From Candidatus Moraniibacteriota bacterium (GTDB lineage Bacteria; Patescibacteriota; Minisyncoccia; Moranbacterales; UBA2206): DNA of 64,000 nucleotides. Below the pieces are notes generated by a model. That model was not told the DNA's origin. It saw only the letters and a program-made list of their open reading frames with translations, and searched no databases. Location: assembly GCA_013334765.1 (NCBI GenBank), contig JAAXWW010000001.1, positions 236,589-300,588 of the forward strand. The letters run 5' to 3'. The position numbers and the translations under genes were made by a program. This document shows positions 9,289-17,852 of the stretch, one piece after another. The stretch's first letter is position 1. Each line of letters begins with the position of its first letter.

Positions 9289-10989
9289 ATGGATAAGTTC
9301 TATTTTCCGAATCCGAAAACTACGGACCCTAAAGAGAGGAGAGTGCAGCGCATCCTTGAAATAATTCCCGGAGTGCTCACCTGGGCTACGCTTGTCGGGA
9401 TGATCGTCCTTTCATTCCTTTTGCCGGTGTGGGTCGCGACTTTCATTATCGTGTTCGACGTGTATTGGATATTGCGCACCATCTATGTCGCTTATTATTC
9501 TGTTGAAGGATACAACAAGCTGAAAGAAGGCAAAAAGATCAACTGGTGGGACAGATGCCAGAATATTTCCAATCCTTCCAGATATGCCGAAATGCTGGAA
9601 GAGAAAATCGCAAGGCTGAAATCCAGCTTGAAGGAAAAAGGACTGATGAAACGGAAAGAGGTGCGTATTTTGAAAAATGAAATGGCGAGGGAGGAAAAAT
9701 ATCTGGGCGAAGTCAGGGAGCTTGAAAAGATAAAAGGCCAGATTTTGGACTGGAGAGAGATTGTCCATGTGGTCATGCTTCCGACTGCCACTGAACCGGC
9801 AGATGTCATAGAGCCGGCCATCCAGGCTGTTGCTGACGCTAATTTTCCCAACGAACAGATCATAATCCTCTTGGCTACCGAAGAGAGGGAGAACGAAGAA
9901 AGACGGCTTGAGAAAGTCAATCATCTCAGAAGCAAATTCGATGGTGTTTTCAGGGATTTCATTGTCACGACCCATAAGGTCAAGGATGATGAGATGAAAG
10001 CCAAAGGATCCAACGCGACTTTCGCAGCACATGAACTGGCGGAATATCTCAACGAGAGGAATATCGATTTCAAACGGGTCATATTCTCGAATTTCGATTG
10101 CGACAGCGTGGCGCATCCGGAATATTTCGCCGCGCTCACCTATGAATACATAACTGATCCCAAGAGGCTGCAGAGGAGCTATCAGCCGCTCCCGATGTAT
10201 CACAACAACCTTTGGGACACCAACGCTTTCGTGCGCGTTATCGTCACCGGATCGAGCTTCTGGCATATCTTCCAAAGCACCCGCATCGAGGGCATGGTGA
10301 CGTTCTCATCGCATAGCGAGCCTTTCGACACCCTCTACCGGGTCGATTTCTGGCCGCTCAACATGATAAGCGAGGACTCGATCATCTATTGGAAGTGCTT
10401 TTCTTATTATAATGGCGACTACAAAGTGAAGCCGATCTATTTGCCGATTTCGTTGGATGCGGTTTTGGCGGAAACATATTGGAAAACCATCAAGAACCAG
10501 TACAAGCAGAAAAGGCGCTGGGCTTATGGAATCGAAAATTTTTCAGTGATCATGCGCGCGATAGTGCCCAACAAGAAGATATCCTTCGGCAAGAAATTCG
10601 GCATAGCTTTCGAGATGCTCGAAGGCCATCATTCCTGGGCGACGTCGTCGATCATCCTGGCGGCTCTCGGATGGCTCCCTCTCATCCTGGGAGGCGAGGA
10701 ATTCAACCAGAGCGTCCTTGCGCACAACCTGCCTTTCATCACCCGGTATCTGATGATGATCGCCATGACGGGACTGGCAGTATCGATGTCGCTGAGCTTC
10801 CTTCTCCTGCCGCCGCGTCCCGCGAGATATTCCGCTTGGAGGAATCTTCATATGCTCTTGCAATGGGTCCTGGTGCCGGTAATATCGCCGCTTCTCGGTT
10901 CTCTTCCGGCCATCGATTCGCAAACGAGGCTGATGCTCGGAAAATATTTCGGCGAATTCTGGGTCACGGACAAAATCAGGAAAAAATAG
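9289..10989 (+). CDS. family-2 processive glycosyltransferase (cellulose-synthase-like membrane GT)
   Basis: Multi-TM protein with D, DxD-like and QxxRW (QYKQKRRWAYG) motifs. Confidence 0.7.
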   Translation: MDKFYFPNPKTTDPKERRVQRILEIIPGVLTWATLVGMIVLSFLLPVWVATFIIVFDVYWILRTIYVAYYSVEGYNKLKEGKKINWWDRCQNISNPSRYAEMLEEKIARLKSSLKEKGLMKRKEVRILKNEMAREEKYLGEVRELEKIKGQILDWREIVHVVMLPTATEPADVIEPAIQAVADANFPNEQIIILLATEERENEERRLEKVNHLRSKFDGVFRDFIVTTHKVKDDEMKAKGSNATFAAHELAEYLNERNIDFKRVIFSNFDCDSVAHPEYFAALTYEYITDPKRLQRSYQPLPMYHNNLWDTNAFVRVIVTGSSFWHIFQSTRIEGMVTFSSHSEPFDTLYRVDFWPLNMISEDSIIYWKCFSYYNGDYKVKPIYLPISLDAVLAETYWKTIKNQYKQKRRWAYGIENFSVIMRAIVPNKKISFGKKFGIAFEMLEGHHSWATSSIILAALGWLPLILGGEEFNQSVLAHNLPFITRYLMMIAMTGLAVSMSLSFLLLPPRPARYSAWRNLHMLLQWVLVPVISPLLGSLPAIDSQTRLMLGKYFGEFWVTDKIRKK

Positions 10990-10992
10990 CAC

Positions 10993-11141
10993 AGGACTTG
11001 CGTATTTGCCTCAAAAACCTTTCAAATCGCGAGGCTGTGCGGAACTCGTCCGGGTTATATACGGGTTCGGTCTCGACTCTCCAGAAACTGCTTTCTGTTT
11101 CTGGCTAAGAAAAAGGTTTTTTCAGCAAACGCGTAAGTCCT
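10993..11141 (+). repeat. family-1 palindromic intergenic element, copy A
   Basis: About 30-bp terminal inverted repeats aggacttgcgtatttgcctcaaaaaccttt / aaaggttttttcagcaaacgcgtaagtcct. Near-identical copies at 31930-32077 and 60807-60954. Confidence 0.9.
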
Positions 11142-11162
11142 AAAGCAAATTAGCAAAAAAGC

Positions 11163-12191
11163 ATGGACAAATATATCCTTCCTTTCATCGAAGCTTTTTT
11201 CGTCACCATATTCTTCATATATATCTCGATATATTTCGCGAAAAAGATATCGTGGCTGGGAAGGAACGCTTCCAGACATATTCATAACAAGGCTGCATAT
11301 CGTGTCGGGGGAATAGCGATGGCCTTGTCGTTCGTGCTGGTTCTGATTTTCAACAAGGATCTTGTCATGACTCCGGAACTCCTGGGTTTCATTGTCGGCT
11401 CGCTTCTGCTTGTCGGAGTGGGCGTGTGGGATGATATAAAGGAGATTTTTTGGAAGCTGCAGCTTTGTTTCCAGGTCGCAGCGGCTTGTCTCGTGTTCAT
11501 TCTTGGGGTGAGGATATATTATATTTCAAATCCGTTTACGGGAGGAATAATCAATCTTGATCTTGGCTATACGGTTCTTGTCTCTATTTTTCTTGTCATA
11601 TTCTGGATTCTTCTGGTGGTCAATGCGATCAATTGGGCAGACGGCATAGACGGGCTGTCCGGAGGCGTTGCGCTGATTTCCATCATGGCTATCTTCTTCC
11701 TGACTTTCAAACCGGAGGTTAATCAGCCGCCAGTAGCCATAATATCAAGTATTTTAGCGGGAAGCGTATTCGGATTTTTGGTGTTCAACTTCAATCCGGC
11801 CAGGATCCTTGCGGGGACGTCAGGCGCTATGTTCATGGGATTTTCCTTGGCGACCCTTTCTATATTTTCCGGAACCAAAATAGCGACTGCCATCCTCGTC
11901 CTGGCCATACCTATCATAGATTTCATTTGGGTGATCGGGGACAGGATAAGGCGCAAAAAATCGATTTTCAGGCCCGACAAGAATCATTTGCATCATAAGC
12001 TGCTTGAAATCGGCTGGTCGCAGAAGAAAATAGCCGTTATCTATTATTCGATCACGCTCGCCGTTTCGATAATAGCCTTGAATACCAGAGCGGTCGGGAA
12101 AAGCCTGACTCTTTTTTCTGCGGTTCTTCTGATGTTTTTTGCCTATCTTCTGATAGACAGGTCGCTTCGTTTTTCCAAAGGGAAGGAATAG
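11163..12191 (+). CDS. glycosyltransferase family 4 (WecA/TagO/MraY-like polyprenyl-phosphate sugar-1-phosphate transferase)
   Basis: NAINWADGIDGLSGG motif and about 10 TM helices. Distinct from the bona fide mraY at 24037. Confidence 0.75.
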   Translation: MDKYILPFIEAFFVTIFFIYISIYFAKKISWLGRNASRHIHNKAAYRVGGIAMALSFVLVLIFNKDLVMTPELLGFIVGSLLLVGVGVWDDIKEIFWKLQLCFQVAAACLVFILGVRIYYISNPFTGGIINLDLGYTVLVSIFLVIFWILLVVNAINWADGIDGLSGGVALISIMAIFFLTFKPEVNQPPVAIISSILAGSVFGFLVFNFNPARILAGTSGAMFMGFSLATLSIFSGTKIATAILVLAIPIIDFIWVIGDRIRRKKSIFRPDKNHLHHKLLEIGWSQKKIAVIYYSITLAVSIIALNTRAVGKSLTLFSAVLLMFFAYLLIDRSLRFSKGKE

Positions 12192-12237
12192 AGAAGATTT
12201 CTATGGATCTTGCGAATATGCAAAGTTCCGCATAAAA

Positions 12238-12275
12238 AGAAAAATCCGTCCAGCTTGCGCGGGACGGATTTTTCT
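12238..12275. terminator. rho-independent terminator (bidirectional)
   Basis: aaaaatccgtcc-cagcttgcgc-gggacggatttttc with T/A runs on both sides, between convergent genes. Confidence 0.6.
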
Positions 12276-12404
12276 TTTTATGAAAAAGTAGTGATATACT
12301 TGTTTCGTTTGCCTGCCTTAGCCGAAGCTACGCTGGACGAGTCCGCCTTCGTCCCGCTTAGCGGGACTACGGCGGACAAGGAAAGAACATGCAATTGTTG
12401 TTTT

Positions 12405-13049
12405 TTAGGATAGTGACGGTACTCTTACTGCGTATTTGTGAAGGTTTTTCAGTTGCGCCGCGTTGAGATTCTTTGATTTTGAAATCGCATCTCCTATGAG
12501 GCTCTTGGAAAATTCTACCGAGCTTCCGATGTTCACCTTTCCAGTTCCGACATTCTTCCTCATGTAATCTTCGATGTATATCTTGTGTTCGGCCGTCAGG
12601 GTCGAATCAGGATTCTTTTCCAGATAATCAGCTAGGGCTCTTCTGGCAAGCTTGGTCGTTCCATCGCCTTTTCCGGCTGTTTCTATGAACGAGCTGTCGG
12701 TTTCCTTGCTTGTTCCGGCGGCAACGCTGCTAGCAACGCTGTTCTTCTGCTGGACGGCCTGATCTTTGGATTGGCTGTCAGCCCGTGCCTGGTTGTCCGA
12801 TGTTGAAGCGTCGGAGTCTCCTGATATGGCTTCGCTCAGAACGTCATTCTTGGCGGCTGATTCGTCATTCGCAGGAGCCATCGATCTGTTCGAATAGGAA
12901 TAGATTCCTCCAGCGATAAGGACTACGATGATTATGCTCACGATGATTCTCAGGTTGTCCTGAAACCATTGCTTCATGCTTGCTGGCTCAGCCTGTTCGG
13001 TCTCGTTTTTCTCAGTCGTTTCTTCGTTTGTTTCTTGGTCAAATTCCAT
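12405..13049 (-). CDS. hypothetical membrane-anchored protein (214 aa), Ser/Ala/Asp-rich linker
   Basis: Strong Shine-Dalgarno (AAGGAAGGTG) 6 nt upstream of the ATG; single N-terminal TM. Confidence 0.5.
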   Translation of the reverse strand: MEFDQETNEETTEKNETEQAEPASMKQWFQDNLRIIVSIIIVVLIAGGIYSYSNRSMAPANDESAAKNDVLSEAISGDSDASTSDNQARADSQSKDQAVQQKNSVASSVAAGTSKETDSSFIETAGKGDGTTKLARRALADYLEKNPDSTLTAEHKIYIEDYMRKNVGTGKVNIGSSVEFSKSLIGDAISKSKNLNAAQLKNLHKYAVRVPSLS

Positions 13050-13533
13050 AATTTCACCTTCCTTTCTATTTTAATTATTATTTCCGCCAAATGCACCGGA
13101 TTTATTATCGGTGCAAGTAAGGACCCCCGGCGGAAGTGTTTTTTAATGTGCTTTCGTTGAAGCCGAAGCGCATAGCGCCTCTTTTATTCCTTATATTCAA
13201 TTCTAGCTCATCCGTTTATGCCGTCAACTAGACAATTTTGGCAGTTCAGGGTGTTATATCGGGCAATAATCGTCAGAATTAAGAGCTGCAGGAGGACTCT
13301 TTGCGTGCCGATGCGCTACCTGAAAATTTCAGTTGGTTATGTTTGTCGATCATAGAAATATTTTAAAGCGATAGCCGAATAGAAATTTATCGTTGTTCAT
13401 TTTTCCTGTTCTTTATTTCGAAAAACAAAAAAATAATTTATTCATGATGCATGAAGCGCTGATTATGAAAGATAAAAGATGATTTTTTTTCATTCGAAAA
13501 AATATTTATCATAAAAAAACAAAAAAATATTCC

Positions 13534-13542
13534 TGTGGATAA
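13534..13542 (-). promoter_or_regulatory. perfect DnaA box (TTATCCACA) inside ~650-bp AT-rich gene-free region
   Basis: tgtggataa is the RC of TTATCCACA. A second 8/9 match (tgtggaaaa) lies at 13586-13594. Confidence 0.3.
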
Positions 13543-13552
13543 CTTTTCTCTA

Positions 13553-13580
13553 TTGCAAATAAAATTATATGTTATATAAT
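13553..13580 (+). promoter_or_regulatory. sigma70-like promoter (TTGCAA-16-TATAAT)
   Basis: TTGCAA 13553-13558 and TATAAT 13575-13580; about 130 nt upstream of the Lys-rich ORF. Confidence 0.3.
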
Positions 13581-13713
13581 TCACATGTGGAAAATTATTT
13601 TTTAAATTTAAAAAATAATTTCTGCAAAAAACAAAGGTCGAAACAAAAAGAAAATTGGAGAGAATAATTTCCAAGGAATTAGAAAATAAAAATAGAAAGG
13701 ACGGTGATAAAAA

Positions 13714-13866
13714 ATGGCAAAGAAAAAAGTAGCTAAGAAAGCTGTGAAGAAAGTAGCCAAGAAAAAGGTTGCTAAGAAAGCCGTGAAAAAAGTTGCTAAG
13801 AAAAAAGTAGCTAAGAAGGCCGTGAAGAAGGTTGCTAAGAAGAAAGTGGCTAAGAAAAAGAAATAG
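13714..13866 (+). CDS. 50-aa lysine/alanine-rich repeat protein, histone H1/Hc1-like (MAKKKVAKKAVKKVAKKK x3)
   Basis: ATG 13714 with AAAGGA Shine-Dalgarno; 39-bp (13-aa) unit repeated 3.5x; stop TAG 13864-13866. Absent from the ORF track (<60 aa); its reverse complement appears there as the FLATFF ORF. Confidence 0.6.
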   Translation: MAKKKVAKKAVKKVAKKKVAKKAVKKVAKKKVAKKAVKKVAKKKVAKKKK

Positions 13867-13964
13867 TTTTCAACGAAAGCGTTCCGATCGTGGAACAAGC
13901 AAACTTAAGAAATAAAGATAGCTTAAGTTTTCCATACGGGTGCCGGTGCACCGGTGTCATGTAT

Positions 13965-14000
13965 AAAGCAAAAAACCGCTAACATGCGGTTTTTTGCTTT
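13965..14000. terminator. rho-independent terminator (bidirectional) between Lys-rich gene and prmC
   Basis: aaagcaaaaaaccgc-taacat-gcggttttttgcttt, a perfect 15-bp stem with U-runs on both strands. Confidence 0.75.
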
Positions 14001-14014
14001 ATACGGGGCTATTT

Positions 14015-14896
14015 TCAAATAATATCGATCACGCACATCCGCCATCTGCCGGACAGGTCTTTCCTGAATCCGGTTTTCACTCCGGGAAGGATCTCTTTTA
14101 TGATTTCCAAGAGCTTCTGCTTCTGTTCCGGGCTTATTTCCAGAATCGCGCAGGATATGCTTCCGTTTTTTCTGCCGTTTATCTTTCTGATCTGCTCAAG
14201 GAGCCTTTCATAGTGAGACAATCCAGAGCGTGCGCTGTAGAGGGCGCTTTTCGGTTCGAATATTTTCACATCCGGCATCGTTGCGGAATATATTTCTTTC
14301 GAGAGGTAGGGGAGATTGGCAACTATTATTGAATTTGGAATTTTGAATTTGGAATTTTGAATGAATTCATTCAGCAAATCGCTCTTTATGAATTTTATTT
14401 TCTTGTCGACATCATTTTTTTTCGCGTTATGCTTAGCAACTCTCAATGCTTCTTCGCTTATGTCGACGGCGAACAAGCTCGTCTTTTCTTTCAGAAGTTC
14501 GCTGTCCTTGATTCCGCGCGCGATAGATATGGCGATGTTGCCTGACCCGGTTCCGACATCAATGACGGACATGGATTCATGTTTGTCTCCTTTTATTCTT
14601 TCAAGCGCCATCTCGACCATCATTTCGGTTTCGGGACGGGGGATGAGGGTGTGGCGGTTCACTTTGAAGTCCGATCCATAGAATTCCTTGTGTCCGAGGA
14701 TATACGCGATCGGCTTATGTTCCATCCTTCTTGCAGCGAATCTTGCGAATTTTCCATAATCTTTCCGACTGAGTTCATATTCCGGGTGCGCCAGCACGAA
14801 TTCCCGTGATCGGGCAATCGCGGCAGCCAAAAGAAGCTCGAGATCAAGCGATTCGAGTTCTTGCTGGTATTTTTTGATGACGGATTGAATGATCAT
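14015..14896 (-). CDS. prmC: release-factor glutamine N5-methyltransferase PrmC/HemK
   Basis: VIDVGTGSGNIAI SAM motif and IVANLPY (NPPY-like) motif; directly downstream of prfA. Confidence 0.85.
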   Translation of the reverse strand: MIIQSVIKKYQQELESLDLELLLAAAIARSREFVLAHPEYELSRKDYGKFARFAARRMEHKPIAYILGHKEFYGSDFKVNRHTLIPRPETEMMVEMALERIKGDKHESMSVIDVGTGSGNIAISIARGIKDSELLKEKTSLFAVDISEEALRVAKHNAKKNDVDKKIKFIKSDLLNEFIQNSKFKIPNSIIVANLPYLSKEIYSATMPDVKIFEPKSALYSARSGLSHYERLLEQIRKINGRKNGSISCAILEISPEQKQKLLEIIKEILPGVKTGFRKDLSGRWRMCVIDII

Positions 14897-14957
14897 GGTT
14901 ATAAAAATACTCCCTTTTTCATTCCGGGAGTATGGTTATGATATTCAGTTTGTTTTC

Positions 14958-16022
14958 TTAGGCTTTCCCGAGTTTCAGCTTGGTGTCTTCTTCTTGGAGC
15001 ATCGAGATAATCGGGTCGATGTTTCCATCGAGGATCCCTTGGATATTGCTCCAGCTTTCCTTGATGCGGTGATCGGTGATGCGGTCCTGCGGGAAGTTGT
15101 ATGTCCTGATTTTCTCGCTTCGGTCTCCGGTTCCGATCTGGGAGCGTCTAGCGTCTCCGAGCTCCTTGGATTTCTTCTCTTCTTCGATTTGGAGCAGCCT
15201 GGAGCGCAGCACCTTCATGGCTTTGTCCTTGTTTTTCATCTGGGACTTCTCATCCTGGCATGACACGATGAGTCCGGTCGGGACATGGGTGATGCGAACG
15301 GCTGATTTGGTCGTGTTGACGGACTGGCCGCCAGGTCCGGATGAGCAGAAAGTGTCGATCCTAAGGTCATTGAGGTCGATCTTGAAATCCAGTTCTTCTG
15401 CTTCAGGGAGAACCGCCACTGTCGCGGTCGAGGTGTGGATGCGGCCGTTCTTCTCGGTTTCCGGGATCCGCTGCACGCGGTGCACGCCGGATTCATATTT
15501 CATCTTGCCATAGGCTCCGGCTCCGTTGATTTCGAAAACGACTTCCTTGAATCCGCCGATGCCGATCTGGTTGGAATTGAGCATGACAGTGTTCCAGCGG
15601 TTCTTTTCGGCATATCTGGAATACATCCGGAAAAGATCTCCAGCGAACAAGGCGGATTCGTCCCCGCCGGCTCCGGCGCGGATCTCGACGATGATGTTCT
15701 TGTCGTCGTTCGGGTCTTTCGGAAGAAGCATGAATTCGATTTCTTTCTCGAGATTTTCTTTTCTTTCTGCAAGCTCGATGTTCTCATCCATTGCCATCTG
15801 CTTCATTTCTGGTTCTTCTTCCGCGTTGATGATTTCGGCGTTCTGTTTCATATCCAGCTGGACTTTCTCATATTCATTGATGAGCGTCATTATTCCCTCC
15901 AGTTCCGCCTGCCGTTTTCCCAGTTCTGCCATTTTTTTCATATCGGAAACTATCTCAGGGGAATTGAGCTGGTTCTGGATATCCTGGTATTCGGTTTTGA
16001 TCTGTTCTATTTGTTCACGCAT
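14958..16022 (-). CDS. prfA: peptide chain release factor 1
   Basis: [20 protein letters not shown] (GGQ motif), full-length RF1. Confidence 0.9.
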   Translation of the reverse strand: MREQIEQIKTEYQDIQNQLNSPEIVSDMKKMAELGKRQAELEGIMTLINEYEKVQLDMKQNAEIINAEEEPEMKQMAMDENIELAERKENLEKEIEFMLLPKDPNDDKNIIVEIRAGAGGDESALFAGDLFRMYSRYAEKNRWNTVMLNSNQIGIGGFKEVVFEINGAGAYGKMKYESGVHRVQRIPETEKNGRIHTSTATVAVLPEAEELDFKIDLNDLRIDTFCSSGPGGQSVNTTKSAVRITHVPTGLIVSCQDEKSQMKNKDKAMKVLRSRLLQIEEEKKSKELGDARRSQIGTGDRSEKIRTYNFPQDRITDHRIKESWSNIQGILDGNIDPIISMLQEEDTKLKLGKA

Positions 16023-16065
16023 ATCGCCTATTCTAGCTTGTTTTTGGGGTTTTGTAAATGAGTCA

Positions 16066-16115
16066 GCGGCATGAAAAGAAAAAGCCGCCAGGAATCGTTC
16101 GATTCTCTGGCGGCT
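16066..16115 (-). terminator. rho-independent terminator after small ORF (minus strand)
   Basis: Stem agccgccag / ctggcggct with a U-run on the minus strand (RC of 16060-16082). Confidence 0.5.
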
Positions 16116-16147
16116 GGTGTCAGTGCGGATTGGTGGCCTTGCGCTTT

Positions 16148-16378
16148 TTAGGGAAGATTATGATAAACACAGATTCTTCCCTTTTTGGTTTCCACGATCT
16201 CTATGAGAACCAAATGCGGTCCGACTTCGTCCGGGCAGCTCTTGTCGTCTTCCAATGAGATAAAGAAACCGGGGTGTTCGATAATTTCCAGAAATCCTCC
16301 CGTAACCAGTGTTCCTTCCCGGATGGCCTTTTCGCTCAGAAGAACAAGGCTATTCCGGAATGCTTTTTCCAAGCACAT
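16148..16378 (-). CDS. hypothetical small protein (76 aa) in kinase-prfA operon
   Basis: ORF with an AAGAAGG-like RBS, followed by its own terminator. Confidence 0.35.
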   Translation of the reverse strand: MCLEKAFRNSLVLLSEKAIREGTLVTGGFLEIIEHPGFFISLEDDKSCPDEVGPHLVLIEIVETKKGRICVYHNLP

Positions 16379-16430
16379 ATCCCACCGCCTTCTTTTTAGG
16401 TACTGACATCGTATGTTAGCATAAGATCAT

Positions 16431-17369
16431 TTATTTGTCAATAGCAATATTTTTCTCTATTTCTCTCAGAATCGGTAGATAATCCAGTCTGATGTTGCGT
16501 ATTGCTTCGTTGTCGTTAGCATATTTGGTTTGCGTTCCGCTCCTCGGGTCGAAATCATTATAGTCTTCATCAAATGAGCCGGGCATCCCTCTTTTTGATA
16601 AGCCGAAATCAATCAGCACGGGGTTTCCTGTTTTCCAGTCAATCATTATATTCCCCGCATGGATGTCCCGATGATGAATTCCCTGATCATTCATTTTTCT
16701 TATGAATTCGGCGAGCGATTTGAAGAATGATTCCGGATTGAAATTCTTGGGCAACACTTTCTTTTCCTCGACTTCTCTTAGTGTGAACCCGTTTATTTTT
16801 TCCATTACGAATACCGGATGACCGTCGACGATTCTCTTGTAATACGGCATTGGAACTTTGACTGGTCCGGATGGTTCCACTCCTGTCGCATCTTTTTGAA
16901 TCGATATTTCATCGGATATGTCATTCTGTTTGGAATGCAGATCCAAGTCATATATGTATTTGCAGCAATATAGCTTATCGAGCATGAAAACCTCCGCAAC
17001 ATTCCCTTTGCCGAGAGAGTTTTTGGGATCTTTGATCTTTTTCTTAATCCTTTCAATGATAGCGCTCGATTCTGACGAGTCACTCTTTATGAAATCTTCC
17101 TCTTTTGAATTCGGCGATGATTTAGCGGTGGGAATCTCCCTTTCTTTTATGATGTAACGCATGTTCTCATACAGCTCTTTCAATTTTTCCGGATCGAAGC
17201 ATTCTGCGAAAATTTCCTCCTGCACATCGGCTATGCTTTTAGGAAGAATGCCGGAATCGAGGATTTCCTGAATCGCGTTTTCATAGTCGATAGGCGCTTC
17301 TTGTTTTTCAGTAGGATGGGTTGTGCTGTATCCGAACGGATTTTCCATGTTCATAGTTCCTGGTGTCAT
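16431..17369 (-). CDS. minimal eukaryotic-like protein kinase (RIO/Bud32/Kdo-kinase-like)
   Basis: Glycine loop LGKGNVAEV, a K in CCKYI, catalytic loop HRDIHAGNIMID, and DFG (LIDFGLSK). No activation or substrate lobe. Confidence 0.65.
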   Translation of the reverse strand: MTPGTMNMENPFGYSTTHPTEKQEAPIDYENAIQEILDSGILPKSIADVQEEIFAECFDPEKLKELYENMRYIIKEREIPTAKSSPNSKEEDFIKSDSSESSAIIERIKKKIKDPKNSLGKGNVAEVFMLDKLYCCKYIYDLDLHSKQNDISDEISIQKDATGVEPSGPVKVPMPYYKRIVDGHPVFVMEKINGFTLREVEEKKVLPKNFNPESFFKSLAEFIRKMNDQGIHHRDIHAGNIMIDWKTGNPVLIDFGLSKRGMPGSFDEDYNDFDPRSGTQTKYANDNEAIRNIRLDYLPILREIEKNIAIDK

Positions 17370-17460
17370 TTATCCTAGATCCTTATCAATTGTATCATAC
17401 TCGCCTGACAAGCGGTGTTTTTTTGTGCTAATATTCAAGAAACAAGGCTATTCTTACGAT

Positions 17461-17736
17461 ATGAAAACCTTCTCCGAAAAAATCATCGAAATCGTCGAAA
17501 AAATCCCGAAGGGGGAGACTTTGACATATAAGGGAGTGGCCGAAAAGGCGGGAAATGCCAAGGCGGCGCGGGCGGTGGGGAATATCCTGAACCGCTATTA
17601 TCGGTTCTGCGACAAGAACGGAATGGATAAGATTCCGTGCCACAGGGTCGTTCGGAGCGACGGCAGAAGCGGTGGATATGTCCTGGGCGAAAAGAAAAAA
17701 CGCGATATGCTCAGGAAAGAATCATTGAGCCGTTGA
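17461..17736 (+). CDS. methylated-DNA--protein-cysteine methyltransferase DNA-binding domain protein (mini-MGMT/YbaZ-like)
   Basis: IPCHRVV active-site motif, 91 aa. The ORF track extends it 5' to 17323; ATG 17461 fits the family. Confidence 0.7.
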   Translation: MKTFSEKIIEIVEKIPKGETLTYKGVAEKAGNAKAARAVGNILNRYYRFCDKNGMDKIPCHRVVRSDGRSGGYVLGEKKKRDMLRKESLSR

Positions 17737-17766
17737 CGATGCTTTTTCAAAAAGAGCTGGAAAAAT

Positions 17767-17794
17767 TTGATTTCCAGCGGATTTAGTCTATAAT
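17767..17794 (+). promoter_or_regulatory. sigma70-like promoter TTGATT-16-TATAAT
   Basis: 17767-17772 and 17789-17794; 58 nt upstream of the tandem-REC gene. Confidence 0.4.
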
Positions 17795-17852
17795 ATAAAC
17801 ATAATTCGCAAAGTCATAAAGATAAATTTTATCAAAAATTTATATTAAATTT

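Noticed and set aside
9412-10275. 287-aa minus-strand ORF (plus 9495-9920 and 10543-10992)
   Set aside because: They are antisense to the GT2 glycosyltransferase, which carries diagnostic QxxRW/D motifs.
13608-13898. 96-aa minus-strand ORF with FLATFFTAF repeats
   Set aside because: It is the reverse-complement reading of the Lys/Ala-repeat gene. The plus-strand version has an RBS, ATG and terminator in the correct orientation.
15076-16074. Several plus-strand ORFs of 145-208 aa
   Set aside because: They are antisense to prfA (GGQ motif on the minus strand) and Ser/Phe-rich low complexity.
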